Part shown: positions 39,778 through 54,060 of the stretch, piece after piece
Layout of the letters: the number at the start of each line of letters is the position of its first letter
Numbering within the stretch: position 1 is the first letter of the stretch
Source: Octopus vulgaris
Lineage: Eukaryota
Assembly: GCA_951406725.2 (NCBI GenBank)
Contig: OX597817.1
Span: 43,338,001-43,402,000 of the forward strand
Reading direction: 5' to 3'
DNA: 64,000 bases
Notes under the pieces: model-generated
Told to the model about the DNA's origin: nothing
Database searches by the model: none
What the model saw: only the letters and a program-made list of their open reading frames with translations
Position numbers and translations under genes: made by a program

Positions 39778-40452
39778 AAATCGAAATCGAATTGAACCAG
39801 CCAGGATCCCTGGTCTGGTGGTACGTAAAAAGCACTATCCGACTCGTGGCCGTGGCACGTAAAATACTCCAATGCGACCGTACGACAGGCACCCATGCCA
39901 ACCCCCTTTGCTTGTGAAGACATGTTGGGGCAAGCGAAATCGAAATCGAATTGAACCAGCCAGGATCCCTGGTCTGGTGGTACGTAAAAAGCACTATCCG
40001 ACTCGTGGCCGTGGCACGTAAAATACTCCAATGCGACCGTACGACAGGCACCCATGCCAACCCCTTTGCTTGTGAAGACATGTTGGGGCAAGCGAAATCG
40101 AAATCGAAATCGAATTGAACCAGCCAGGATCCCTGGTCTGGTGGTACGTAAAAAGCACTATCCGACTCGTGGCCGATGCCAGCACCGCCTCGACTGGCTT
40201 CCGTGCCGGTGGCACATAAAATACACCAATCTGACCGTGGCCGTTGCCAGCCTCGCCTGGCACCTGTGCAGGTGGCACGTAAAAAGCACCCACTACACTC
40301 ACGGAGTGGTTGGCGTTAGGAAGGGCATCCAGCTGTAGAAACATTGCCAGATTAGACTGGAGCCTGGTGCAGCCTTCTGGCTTCCCAGAACCCCGGTCGA
40401 ACCGTCCAACCCATGCTAGCATGGAGAACGGACGTTAAACGATGATGATGAT
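39778..40452 (+). mobile_element. (GAT)n-tailed retroposon 3' end (LINE 3' UTR type) with an internal 159-bp tandem amplification
   Basis: Conserved ggttggcgttaggaagggcatccagctgtagaaac...ccatgctagcatgga...cgttaaacgatgatgat terminus. Further copies at about 7740-8050, 11865-12170, 14092-14264, 29585-29860(-), 45510-45663, 51500-51975, 55180-55405, 57312-57440(-), 61960-62150, 63548-63845. Confidence 0.85.
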
Positions 40453-42409
40453 ATATATATATATATAAACGTGTGTGTTTGAATTTGTTTTACAGCTATT
40501 TTTCAGTTGTAGTATGGGTGTTTTTGTTTTTTTTTCGTTTAATTGTAGTAATTTGTGGATGTCCTCTCATTCATTAATTACTCATGCATCCAACCACGAA
40601 GTAGGAACCAATTATGAAATAAATGTAGACATTTATAGTGTCCATAATTAACATCACAAAAGATATTATAAAAAGAATAAATTGCCTTAAATTACAGTAA
40701 CATGTATTATATATTATACACAAAGAAATCACAGGAAGCATTAAAAGAAAAACAAACAAAAGGCCTTTGAGTAAAATCCGTTTTTAATTTTTCCCATGTT
40801 TTTCCCTATAGTATTTGAGAATTGAATACATTGGCATTATCATTTGGAATCGTTTTTCCATGCTGGATGGTTAAACAGGATCTGACAGGTCCGAGGACTG
40901 AGTTGGTCTCCAGTGTATGTTTTGGAATGGTTTCTACAGTTAGACGCCCTTTCCAACACCAACCACTTTACAGAGTATACTGGGTGCTTATTTGTGTCAC
41001 CTGCACTAGTGACACAATAAGACAGAAATATATTATAATCTTTCTGTCTCATTGATCGAGCATCTAACTCCTTGTATGTAAAAAAGCATACAACAATGTA
41101 ACGACCAAGCTGTATATCAATTTCTAGAAAGTTCTACACTTTCATCAAGCTGTTCTCCTTCTATTATTGGGTAACTTTACCAAGTCTCTTCATGTCCATG
41201 TAACAAACGTAATAGACTAATGAATTAAGTAATTTGTCAACTTTTTAGTCATGGTTCTTTGGAACATCGAGGCTGGATTTTAGTCATTGGTGCTCCTAAG
41301 GATCTTAGCTCAGATTTCATAGCAATAAGTGAATAAGAGATGAATTATTTTCTATATAAGGATCCAGCCTGTCTCCTATAACAATCTCAGATGATATATA
41401 TCAACAATTATATAAAACTGAACAGTGCAGAAGTATGTATATTTCCTAAATACATAATGAAAAGCATGCTGGAGTTTTAATGGTGTCTTTCTTGTGAGAT
41501 ATTCTGGATTTTAGGACATATATATGATCTTGGTCTTTTAATATATAATACTCCTACTCATTTCAAGATTGTGTTTTTGTTCTTTATCTCACCAATACAC
41601 TACAACCTTTCACTCACAGATGTACTGTCTCTTCTGTCTGTCTATTCCATTGCTATTATTCATACCATGTTCCAGTGAATCAGGTAGCTGCAAACCACCT
41701 TGACTGAGACCCAAAAGTCATACTCCACAACCTTCTTTAAGCACTTTTACTGTATTTTGTTTATTGTTTAGTCAGAAGGGGCTTGCAGTGCCAATGGTCC
41801 CTGGTAGAGTCTCTGAAGCTGGTGGAAGGGCGCAAGGATAATATTCTCAAATTAGTAACCTGGCTTGATTGCTTACAGATTGACTTCTGCTAGAGGCTTC
41901 CTATATGCAAGCAGTGGTGTGAAACCAGAGGTAGGATTAAGTGATAGGATTTGAACTCAGGATGCAAAGTGCAGAAATAAATACCAAAACACATCGAATC
42001 CAACCCTCTAATGATTCCATCAGTCCATGTTCTAGACTGGTGCTTTATTTATTGACCCTGGAAGGATGGAAGGCAAGGTTGACTTTGGCAGAATTTGAGC
42101 TTAGAATGCAAGAAGTTGGAATAATTACCACAAAATATTTTGTCCAATGCACTAACAACTACAAATTTGGTTCTAGGACCTGTTCTAACCAATCTTACTC
42201 AACCCTTCCACTTATGGATATTTCCTCTCTGCAATTTCCTCCGTACTCGAGTTTTTTTCCTGCAGATGTCAACATAAAAATGATTAAGCTAGTTATCAGT
42301 CTTGATGGTCCTGTGATGATCCTGTAAAGGACACTGCCCCTCCTCCTTCGACCAGCCATAAATAAATAAACAGAAAACAAGTGGAAGAAAATGAATGAGA
42401 GAAACTTAC

Positions 42410-42515
42410 CTTCCATTAATACATTAATAATGTCACGTAAAATGGTAACTGTTGAAATAAACACAAACACTGAGAATATGAATGTACAAATGGGATCAGC
42501 TATCTTGTATTCCGG
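42410..42515 (-). CDS. SLC30A2: ZnT2-like exon: TM6
   Basis: 106 bp, phase 0-1. [36 protein letters not shown]. Confidence 0.96.
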
Positions 42516-44068
42516 CTGCAAAGAGATAGAGAAAAGAGTATATTGAATACACACGTATATATATATATATAAAATACAAAATGGGACAAGAACGCAAAAC
42601 ATTTGGATAACTAGGTGATACAAAAAGAGACAACAAAACATCCAGATAGATGATACAAAGAAAACAAGGATGGGTCATTCGAAGCCTTTTATCTTCAGTC
42701 TAGAACCAGATCGTCCTCGCAATTTTGGCTGATTATTCTTGAGATTGCTCCAATCTGGCCAGCCCCAAGGAAAAACTAATCTAAGAGCATTAGATTCCTT
42801 GGAAAAAAATCATCGAATGTATATGAAAACAAGAACAGAAAAACAGATGATGTTACACAAATATAAATACAAAAATACAATAAAAATAATAATAATAATA
42901 ATATATAAATATATATATATATATAAAAGTTTAGCTGTGTGGTTAAGAAGTTTGCTTCCAAACCATATGCCCTCTGGTTCAGTCCTGCAGTAGGGTACCT
43001 TGAGCAAGTCCCTTCTACTATAGACTAGAGTTGACCAAAACATAGTGAGTGGATTTGATAGATGGAAATTGTATCAAACCCCTTGTGTGTGTGTGTGTGT
43101 CTCTCTCTTTGTCTTGGCATTGCATGTAATTGTTATAAAGGAAAATCATTCACTTCCAATATACTGAGAAAATATGCCTGCCTATGGAGAAATATTATCT
43201 TCTTGGAAACAGGTATGGGTTGGTAACAGGAGAGGCATCCAGTATGCAAAATCTGCCTCAATAAATTCCATCTGACCCATGCAAGCATGGGAAAGAGGGT
43301 GTTAAAATGCTCATGTACATGTCATATAGGTACAACGTCATTCTTTTTCCTCTTAATTGTTTCAGTCATTAGACAGTGGCCATGCTGGGGCACTGCTTTG
43401 AAGAATTTTGGTCAAATGAATTAATCCCAGTAGTTATTTTTCTTATTAAGCCAGGTGCTTGTTGTATTGGTCTCTTTTTGCCAAACTGTCAAGTTACGAG
43501 GATGTAAACACACCACCACCGGCAGTCAAGCAGTGATAGGGGACAAACACACACATACACACATGAGCTTCTTTCAGTTTCTATCTACCAAATCCACTCA
43601 CTAGGCTTTGGTCAGCCTGAGACTATTGTAGAAGACACTTGTCCAAGGTGCCATGCAGTGGGACTGAACATACAACCATGCAGTTAGGAAGCAAACTTCT
43701 TACCACACAACTACAAACATGAGTGAATTTGCTACAGCAACACCAATTATTCAATTATATAAATGAGGAATGGCTAGTCTTCATACATTATTGCTACAGA
43801 AATTATCCAGCAATTTTGAAGGTAGTTCACTCAGCTGAAACAAGCTGATAATATTCTGGGTAATTAAATTCATCATCATCATTTAATGTCTGTTTTCCAT
43901 ACTGGCATGGGTTGGACGGTTTGACTGAGGACTGGCAAGCCAGGAGGCTGCACCAAGCTCCAATACATCAATACAGAAAATATTTACATGCATAAATACA
44001 CTCATACTCTGGCACTCGGTTGGTTACAATGACAAGGGTTCCAGTTGATCTGATCAATGGAACAACCT

Positions 44069-44300
44069 ATTTCTTTACTACCCACAAGGGGCTAAACACA
44101 GAGAGGACAAACAAGGACAGACAAACGGATTGAGTCGATTATATCGACACCAGTGCGCAACTGGTACTTAATGTATTGACCCCAAAAGGATGAAAGGCAA
44201 AGTCGACCTCGGTGGAATTTGAACTCAGAACATAACGGCAGACAAAATACTGTAAAGCATTTCGCCCGGCATGCTAATGTTTCTGCCAGCTCTCAGCCTT
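44069..44300 (-). mobile_element. SINE family A nested in a family C SINE
   Basis: TSD aacaacct at 44061-44068 and 44301-44308. The host element resumes on both sides. Confidence 0.88.
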
Positions 44301-44620
44301 AACAACCTGCTTGTGAAATTAATGTACATGTGGCTGAGCACTCCACAGACATGTTTACTCTCAGTGTAGTTCTCAGGGAGTTTCTGTACGTCACAAAATG
44401 TGGCAAGGTTAATTCTTTGAATTACGGTACAACTCATTTTTGCCAGCTGAGTGAACTGGAGCAGTGCGAAATAAAGAGTCTTGCTCAAAGACACAATGCA
44501 CAGCTGGGAATTGAACTCACAACCTTATGATGATGGACTGAATACCTTGATCATTAATTCACTCATCTTCATACTCATACACACAAGAGACAGATACATA
44601 TACAGAAACATATACATTAA

Positions 44621-44851
44621 GGTGGCGAGCTGGTAGAATCGTTAGCAAGCTGGGCGAAATGCTTAGCAGTATTTCGTCTGCTGCTATGTTCTGAGTTTAA
44701 ATTCCACCGAGGTCAACTTTGCCTTTCATCCATTCGGGGTTGATTAAATAAGTACCAGTTATGCACTGGGGTCGATATAATCAACTTAATCCGTTTGTCT
44801 GTCCTTGTTTGTTCCCTCTATGTTTAGCCCCTTGTGGGTAGTAAAGAAATA
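44621..44851 (+). mobile_element. SINE family A, full length
   Basis: Near-perfect TSD agaaaca(t/c)ataca at 44604-44616 and 44852-44864. Confidence 0.88.
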
Positions 44852-45125
44852 AGAAACACATACACAGAAATCCATACACAAACTATTTAGTCAGACATTC
44901 AAATATCCAAGTATTCGAAATTTCCCTGAGTGGTCTCAGACTTTCAAAGCTAAAGCTGTTCCCAACATTAGCAAATACGTTGGAGAAAATGTTTTCCCCA
45001 TATTCTTTAGATATTTTTTTACTCTAAATCTGTTTCTGAATGACTGTTTCTTATATTTGTAACTCAAGTACTTTACTTTCCTCCCCTACTTAGTTCAATT
45101 GACAAAATGTAAAGTGGAGACTAAC

Positions 45126-45375
45126 CTTAAAGTATATAATGTATGCAGCTATAAGTACTCCCACACTCTGTAAAATGTCTCCTATTACATGAATAAATGC
45201 TGCTTTGACATTGATGTTTTTATGTTTTTTCTGATTTAAGTCTTCTTCCACAGACAGGTCTTTACTGGAGCCATAACTTCTGGTTTCAACAAGTAATCGA
45301 TTCTCTTCATCATTATGGTGATGGTTTAACCCATGACTGTGACCATGTGAGTGTTTGTGTAAAACCAGTGCAATC
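45126..45375 (-). CDS. SLC30A2: ZnT2-like exon: His-rich loop and TM5
   Basis: 250 bp, phase 2-0. IALVLHKHSHGHSHGLNHHHNDEE...NINVKAAFIHVIGDILQSVGVLIAAYIIYFK. Confidence 0.96.
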
Positions 45376-47002
45376 CTACAAGGAAACAGAAAAAATATGT
45401 GAAAAAAAAAGAAGTTTTTTCAAGTATCTAAACAGTAATTAAACAGTTATAACAGTGATAAGACATAGGCCTGGTATATTCAGGGTAACTGTAAAATCTG
45501 GATATACAGCTGGCATTAGCAAGGGCATCCAGCTGTAGAAACTCTGCCAAATCAAGACTGGAGCCTGGTGCAGCCATCTGGTTCGCCAGCCCACAGTCAA
45601 ACTGTCCAACCCATGCTAGTATGGAAAGCAGACGTTAAATGACGACGATGATGATGATGATGATCTGTACTGTTGTTTTTTTTGAAGGACCCATTCTTTG
45701 CTGAACTTTGTATTGGCCAGTGGCTTGGAAAAGCTTCCATGCTTGAACACAAGCCGTTTTGCTGTAGCCTAATTAATGTTCATGAAGGACATATTTTGCT
45801 GATGAAGCAACACAATCTTTGATCTAGTAACTGGGCTGATACCACAATGCTTTCCCATAGCGAATTAATGTGTAACACTGCTCAATTATTAAACAAAACA
45901 CTGTGCAGTACAACCAACCATATGACCTCCCATCTGGTTTATTAATTTCCATAATCTTGGTATGGTCTTTAACTTATTTTGCCGACAATTTCTAATCATT
46001 TGAATTAATTGCGCATTAAAATTAGTCGAATTGTAGAAAGATATATAATGCCTATATGATTCAAAAGAGAAAAAGGATTCTATATAAACTGTAAAAAGTA
46101 AAATAATTTTATTGTTATATATTAATGAAGGAATAGAACTGTCATCATCAGCCTTAAACTTATTTTGGCCAGAATATAAGCAAAAATGCATATTTGCAAT
46201 AATTTTATTTAATTACATTAATAAATAGTGGCGGTATGTGCTTTAATATTTAGGTGTTGGATTCATGATTGAAAGATTGTGGTTTCAGTTCCTGGACCTG
46301 GTGATGCAGTGTGTTCTTGAGCAAAACACTTCATTTCATGCTGCTCCAGTCTGCTCAGCTGGTTGAAATGACTAATCCTGCAATGGACTTCAGCATCACA
46401 TCCAGGGGCAAAATATATATGTTAGAGAAACCAGAAACCAACTTTTTGCTCCATACAGAGTAATGTGAACTAACTCACATTAATGAATAACATTTTAAAC
46501 AGGGTTTTCATCATTAGTAACCAGGCATTATGGTCCTTTTGTTTATATATTGGTGCAGGCTTGGCTGTGTGGTTAAGAAGTTTGCTTCTCAACCATTGGT
46601 TTCAGGTTCAGTCCCTCTGTGAGGTACTTTGGACAAGTGTCTTTTGCTATAGCCCTGGGCTGACCTGGGCCTTGAGCATGGATTGATAGATGGAAAATGA
46701 AAGAAGCCCATAAAGTGTCTTGCTCAAGAATACAACACAGCCTAGTCCAGGAATCGAACTCACTACCTTATGATTGTGAGCCCAAATGCTCTAACTGCTG
46801 GAACATTGACAGCTGGTTCATTTACATCTCTGTAACTTAGAGCTTTCACAAAAGAGACCAACAAAAGTATCAGACTTAAAAAGTAATAACTGGGGTCGAT
46901 TTGTTCAATTAAACCCTTCAAAGCATTGCCCTAGCATGGCCATAGTTCAATGACTGAAACAAGTAACAGATAAAAATTGAAAAGGAAACACTAATGACTT
47001 AC

Positions 47003-47156
47003 AGTAAATTGATGAAGATTCCTGCTGCTGAGGTGATTATCATGATAGTGGCTTTAATCTCGTAATCTTCACTGATAACTCTTAAGATAGCTAGGTAAAC
47101 CAGAATGCCTGTCACCACCCATATAAAGAGTACAGATACAAGAGCACCAAGAATTT
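47003..47156 (-). CDS. SLC30A2: ZnT2-like exon: TM3-TM4
   Basis: 154 bp, phase 1-2. EILGALVSVLFIWVVTGILVYLAILRVISEDYEIKATIMIITSAAGIFINLL. Confidence 0.95.
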
Positions 47157-49522
47157 CTGAAATACAAATAGATAAAAGGGTATGAGACGTTTTGGTCTAG
47201 CCTATTTGACATCATTGATTTGATGCCAACTTATTTGGTATCACATGTTTTAATACTTCATTCATTCACTCTTCCTACCTTTTTGTGTGTGAGCACATTC
47301 CTTTTTATGTGTACAAGGAGAGGGTAAGTGTTTATGTCAATAATGTTCAATAAATAAATTGTTATATATATATGTATATATATAAAGTGTATCATTAATT
47401 TATGGAATGAAGTTCTACAAATCCAATTATATTTGTCAAAAATGGAGGAGATAAGATGTTAAAAAGTTATTCATGCATACAATTGTTTCGCACATAGATA
47501 TAAATTCATTTTAGAATTTGCATATATCAACGTACTCATCAGTGCAGAGAAAAAAATAATAGTAGGAACTTTAAAAAAAAAAGCAGAGAAGTTGGATCTA
47601 TGAGTTTCATGTTTATCTATTCCTATCTATGTGTGATAGTGATGGGAGTCATGTCAATTATTAAACCACACACACATATATATATCTCCTTCTCTCTTTC
47701 TATCTGTATGTGCATATTTCTATATGTGCATAGATGTGTGTGAGTGTGTGTTTGCCTCTAGTGCCAAAAAGTACTGTTACCAAAACAGATTCAATATCCA
47801 GTCAGCTGTGCCAAAAGACATTTTCTCTTGCAGAAACTCAGAATTTTTTTCATGGAACTTTGGGTTTCCTCAGCACCTACTTTGGGAGACATTAGAGAAA
47901 TCTTTGAGACCTGTCTGCAACAACTGGTACTCCATTGGTTATGACGATGAGGGTTCCAGTTCACCTGATCAATGGAACAGCCTGCAGGTGGAATTAATGT
48001 ACAAGAGGCTGAGCATAGACACACGTACTCTTAATGTAGTTTTCAGGGATATTTAGCCCGACACAAAATGTGACAAGGCTGACCTTTGAATTACAGGTAC
48101 AATTCATTTTTGCCAGCTGAGTGGACTGGAGCAATGTGAAATATAGTGTCTTGATCAAGGCCACAACACGCTGCTGGATATTGAACTCACAACCTTACGA
48201 CCATGAGCTGAATATTTTAACCGCTTAACCATCTGCCTTCCAACCTGTCTGCAATACTTGTACAACAAATATCAAACAGGGTGAAAAGAAAGCAATTATA
48301 ATTATACACTGATAGCAATAACAACATCAACAAGAAACTAAAACATGGCAGTATATTATGTTTCCTTAGACAGGTGAAGTGTTACTAGATTCTAGTCTTA
48401 AAGTAAACTGATTAATTACAGCTAGACAAAACAAAATGTTTAAAATATGTCAGTGTTGTCTCAAAATAGCTAAAACTGATTCATTAAAAGAGAATAACAA
48501 TGGAATGAATGTATAAAAATATTTGTGAGAAGAGTAATTCAAAGTTGTTTGATTTACTTTAGTGATTTGGAAAATTGAATAGTAAGAAGAATATACTGCT
48601 AGGTGGGTATTTAGAGGACGATTTTAGTCTTTTAAGGGCTCTGGAGTACCTCCCTATTCTCAGTAAAAGGGGGAGGGGTACTTAAAATAGATAGGTAGGT
48701 ACATACATCCATATATACACATACATACATACACATATACACACACATGCAATATGTATTAAGGAGAGAGATCTGCGATGAGAAAGCAATGAGCCACATG
48801 GTTCCGGGTTCAGTCCCACTGCGTGGCACCTTGGGCAAGTGTCTTCTGCTATAGCCTTGGGCTGACCAAAGCCTTGTGAGTGGATTTGGTAGACGGAAAC
48901 TGAAAGAAGCCTGTCGTATATATATATGTATGTGTGTGTATATGTTTGTGTGTCTGTGTTTGTCCCCCAACATCATTTGACAACTGATGCTGGTGTGTTT
49001 ACATCCCTGTAACTTAGTGGTTCGGTAAAAGAGACCAATAGAATAAGTACAAGGCTTACAAAGAATAAGCCCTGGGGTCGATTTGCTCAACTAAAAGCGG
49101 TGCCACAGCATGGCCACAGTCATCCTTCAGAGGTGTCCTATCTCACTTTCATAGTTCCATCTTAAAAATTTTCTTGCATTTCATCATACACTTTCCAGGT
49201 GTTGTTTAGATCCAGTTGGATGCAATCCTGTCTTTTTCGTTCATTATCCATTGTGCACTCCCATCGTTTTCAATGTTCTCTTTTTATCAAGACAGCTGAG
49301 TGTGATTTGAAGAAATTTTGGTTGCTATTTCTAGCAGATTATGTGACAACATAGGTTTCCAGTTAGATAATTCAGATTCATGTATGTTCCTTTTTAATTC
49401 TTCAATACTCAAAATAAGGATTTATAAACTTAACGACCTAAAGAAATAAGTCATACATGGCAATTAGAAAATTGGAAAAATTATTTAAAAAATAAGGAAA
49501 ATAGTAAAATGCACATACTAAC

Positions 49523-49669
49523 CTGCCCGGTGCCATCCAAAACTATATTTCTTTGTAGCTGGTCGTGATGCCAAGTAAACTGAGAGTAAACTAATAAGAA
49601 AACTGACAAAGTCTGTGAGAAGGTGCGCAGCATCTGTCATAATTGCAAGACTGTCAGCTAAATAACCAC
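49523..49669 (-). CDS. SLC30A2: ZnT2-like exon: TM2 CDF signature
   Basis: 147 bp, phase 1-1. [50 protein letters not shown], with HxxxD transport-site ligands. Confidence 0.96.
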
Positions 49670-50342
49670 CTAAAATGAAACAAAATACAACCTTTAGTTT
49701 CGGTAGAATTTATACATCTGCATTAACATGTTAAAAAGATCTGCACAAGACTGAAAATTCAGAATTGGAGTCATGGAGTCAGAAGTAATTATTGGGTTGT
49801 TAGAGTCAGAGCCAATACATTTCTATTGACTCTGAGGAAATGTATAATGTAATGCAATGCCTGAATCTGCCCTTGGTTCTATAATACAAACTTACTGTAT
49901 AATTGTGGTCTAAATTAAAAGTCTCCATCAAAATGTAAAGTTGATTTTTTGTTTTATTTAAGACTTACCACTATGGTCATTTTAACCTACATGAGGTTTA
50001 TCAAATGCAAAGTATGCTCATACCTTTGCTCTTGATTCAATCTGCTTTAAATGTTTATTTGATTATCTGCCAACTGATTTTCATTGCAATATCTTAAAAT
50101 CATTATATTGCTTCAAAAGCTCACTTCTGTCTGATGATCATTTATGTGAAACTCAAGTAGTAAACAGCCTATGAAATTATTTTAGCTTCAGTAACACACA
50201 CACAAATTCTCTCCCTCTCATAGTAAACTCATGTTGGGCTCCTTTATACCAAAATATAATTTAGTAATTTGCTAAGTATAATAACAAATTTGTTTTCAGA
50301 GCTGTTAACAATATACCATATTTACTCATATAGAAGTCACAT

Positions 50343-50710
50343 TATTACCTCCGCCTTGGTGAAGGTGGAGGTATTTTTTCAGTTGTGTTTGTTTGTCAGG
50401 GGACAAGATATCTCAAGAACCACTGGATGGATTCAGATGAAACTTTCAAGGATGTTAGGCCTCGTGACTCACATGAAATGATTAGATTTTGGGAGCGATC
50501 TGGTACCAGATAAGGTTTCTGAATTATTTTTCTTGTTTTTTTTTTTACTTAATTTTTAAGAGCAGTCAGGTTCATTTTTAGTATTCTCATTTGTGAGAGC
50601 AGTTGAGTTTATCTCAGATATTCTCATTTTAAAAATCATCTCTGGCTAATCTTTGAGAGAACGTTGGTGTTGCCCTGGTGGTGGTTTGCACTCTCTGAGT
50701 GTTCTTGTTT
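50343..50710 (+). mobile_element. HINE/Helentron-associated non-autonomous element (partial reverse copy about 15372-15575)
   Basis: 5' attacctccgcc..ggtggaggta palindrome, (tgtt)n tract, 3' subterminal inverted copy and hairpin gcactctctgagtg, inserted in a T-rich site. Confidence 0.65.
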
Positions 50711-53700
50711 TATACTTATTTCTTTGCTACCCACAAGGGGCTAAACACAGAGGGGACAAACAAACAGATAAAGTCGATTATATCGACCCCAGTGTGTAAC
50801 TGGTACTTAATTTATCGACCCCGAAAGGATGAAAGGTAAAGTTTATACTTGATTTTAACTGAAAACTAGTGTGTAATTTATACATAGTGGTGGTGGTGGT
50901 GGGGGGCAGCTTATACATAGGGCAAGTCTGAATATGAAAGGAAAAAAATTTTATACCAACAACACTAAATAAGGGGTGAGACTTATGCACAAGTGTGACT
51001 TATACATGAGTAAGTACAGTAGATATGATTGCTAAGTTGAGACTGATTGACATGAATGAAAATGAATGCCTGTTATAACAATCAGGTGAGACACAGTATT
51101 TTCAAAAATTGCTGAGTGTTAGACTTCCATTTATGATATAGATAAACAAGTAAATCAGAACAAATGGTTTCAAAATGTCACTTTTCACATAGGGAGGGTG
51201 GAGGAGGGAGGGAGAGAGAGAGAGAGAGGTGGTGACAAGCAAAAGAGATAACTAATTGAACTTATATAGAACCTAGTAGAAATAATCTTGGCCTTGTAAC
51301 TACGAAGCATAAATGTGGCTAATCTATTTTTAAGTACTAATTTCTTCATTATCTCTTAGTCACCTTTCTGAAATGTTCCAAATGTTGTTTTTGATGATTG
51401 TAAAATACTTTGTAATATTTATCCACTATATTTCAGTGTTTTAAACATTTTAATATTTTTTTCCCCCCATTGTTCAATATTGTATATTCAACTTTTCAGT
51501 ATGATCGTTACCAGCGTCGCCTTACTGGCACTTATGCCTGTGCTAGTAGGGTGCCAAGAGCACTGTCCGAGCATGATCGTTGCCTGAGCAACCAACTGGC
51601 TTCCGTGCCCGTAGCACCTAAAAAGGCATCATTCGGGCGTGATCGTTACTGGCCCCCATGCCGTGGCACGTAAAAGGGTACCATTTGAGTGTGATCGTTA
51701 CCAACGTCGCTTCATTGACACCTGTGCCGGTGGCATGTGTAAAAAGATTCGAGCGAGGTCATTGCCAGTACTGCCTGACTGGCCCCCGTGCTGGTGGCAC
51801 ATAAAAAGCACCCACTACACTCTCAGAGTGGTTGGCATTAGGAAGGGCATCCAGCTGTAGAAACTCTGCCAGATCAAGATTGGAGCCTGGTGCAGCCATC
51901 TGGTTCGCCAGCCCTCAGTCAAAATCGTCCAACCCATGCTAGCATGGAAGGCGGACATTAAACGATGATGATGATTAACTTATTCTAAGTTGAGTCGTTT
52001 TGCCAATGCACACATTATCAGTACTTTAATGTACACTTTTCCATGCTTGAATAGGTCAGATGGAAATTGTTGAGGTGGATTTCCTATGGCTGGATGCCCT
52101 TCCTGTCACAAACCCTCACTTGTTTCCATGTAAGGTAACATTTCCCCCATGACCAGACTTGCTTTTATAAAAGACTGGAAATGAAGGACACCGTTTATAT
52201 GATCCTGACACTAATTTACAACTGTCAGACAATGTCAAGATTAGGAGACAGTAACACACACACACATGTATGAACACAGACACGTATAAACAAACATACA
52301 TGTATAAACACACATATGTATACATACACACATATATATGTATACACACATGTATATACACACACACACACATGCATACACACACACATATATGCATACA
52401 AACACACGCAGATATATGCATACAAACACACACACACACACACATATGTGCATACAAACACACACATGTATATGCATACACACACACAAAATGCTTGGTT
52501 CAATTTCCACCTACCAAATCCACTTCCAAGGCTTTGGATAGCCTAGGGCTACAGTAGAAGACACTTGCCCAAGGTGATGTGGTGGGATTGAACTCAAAAC
52601 CACGGGATTGGGAAGCAAACTCCTTACCACACAGCTGCTCCAGCACACAGTTGAGTAGAATATTTCCAGACAAGTGCCTGCACCAAAAGAATGTTTTTTT
52701 TTTATCAACCCCCAAAAGATGAAAGATAAAATTGACCTTCATAGAATTTGAACTCAGAGTATAGTGAGCTTCAACACACATCACTAGGTATTTCACCTGA
52801 TGCTGTACTGACTCTGCCAACTTGCCTTGACCGCATCTCTGTCCACAAGTTGAATTCAATATTAAGAAAAAAAAAATTTTTAATCAACATCATCATTGTC
52901 ATCATCATGAGCTAAAATTTCCACACTCAAACTAAACCAAATGAATCCTGATGAAGATACATAATATTTTATCACAGCACATGGCAAGGAATTTTTTTTT
53001 TAATATTTCTTTGTCACTTTCTTTGTCACTTTGAAATGGCTGTGCAAATAAAGTTTTGTTTAGAATAATAGGAATCATCATCATCATCGTTATCATCAAC
53101 AGTATCCTTATGATCCACCATGACATCAATTTTTCATTGGAAACCTCTTGATAGCCAAGCCTTTACAAAACGAAATGACAGCTAAAGGAAATTGAGCAGA
53201 GCTGTCAGCTGCACCACGAAACATATTTATACTTGCTTTTGTGTCTTTTGTGTTGTGTTTGAACTGTATTTGCTAATATTCTAGTTTTACTAATATTTAT
53301 GAAATTATATACCACTGTGACAGAGTTATTAAAAATCTCTGTATGATAAGGAAATTGGTTTTATCCTGTCATATTGTTTCTCTGTTGCTGCAAGTTGAAA
53401 ATTGCAACAACAACAACAAAAAAAAGGAAATTATTAAGATTTGTTACTGAACAGAAAATTGTATATTCAGGTGTGGTGATACATTAAGACTTTTAAACTT
53501 GACTGAAATACTTTTAAAATGTGGTTAAGAAGCTCGCTTTGCAACCATGTGGTTTTAGGCCAGTTCCACTGTGCAGCACCTTGGGTAAGCATCTCCTACT
53601 GTAGCCCCTTGAGAATGAATTTGGTGAACAGAAACGGTGAGGAAGCCTGTCTTACATGTATGTGTTTGTGTGTGTGTCTAAGATCGCACCTGTGCTTGAT

Positions 53701-53839
53701 GCCCTATACTACTTGACAACTGGTGTTTGTTTGTTTACAACCTTGTATCTTAGTAGTCTGGCAAATGATTAGCACAATAAGTACCAGACTTAAGACAAAA
53801 GATGTAATGGAGTCAATTGGTTTGGCTGAAACCCTTTAA

Positions 53840-54060
53840 CCCTTTCATTACTGTATTTATTTTGAGATGCTCTGTGTTTCTTTCAATTAGTTTAAATATA
53901 ACAAAGAATTTAGTAAAATAACTAAGTTATCATTCAGCTAGTGTTAGGAACATAAATTGTGACTAAGGTTTGGTGGAAGATTTTAATTCAAAACTTATGG
54001 AAACAAGACATTTGTACTACAGAACCAGAGCTGGTTTCAGCCGGGTTGGTAATGAAAGGG
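53840..54060. mobile_element. piggyBac-type MITE
   Basis: TTAA on both sides (53836-53839, 54061-54064); perfect 12-bp TIR ccctttcattac/gtaatgaaaggg; inserted into a family B SINE. Confidence 0.88.

Noticed and set aside
39778-40174. Regularly spaced repeats that could suggest a CRISPR array
   Set aside because: Whole units are duplicated with no unique spacers, there are no cas genes, and the context is eukaryotic.
42540-42900. Repeat with a CUGAAGA motif on the minus strand next to the ZnT TM6 exon
   Set aside because: I could not fold it into any hammerhead topology; left as an unclassified repeat.
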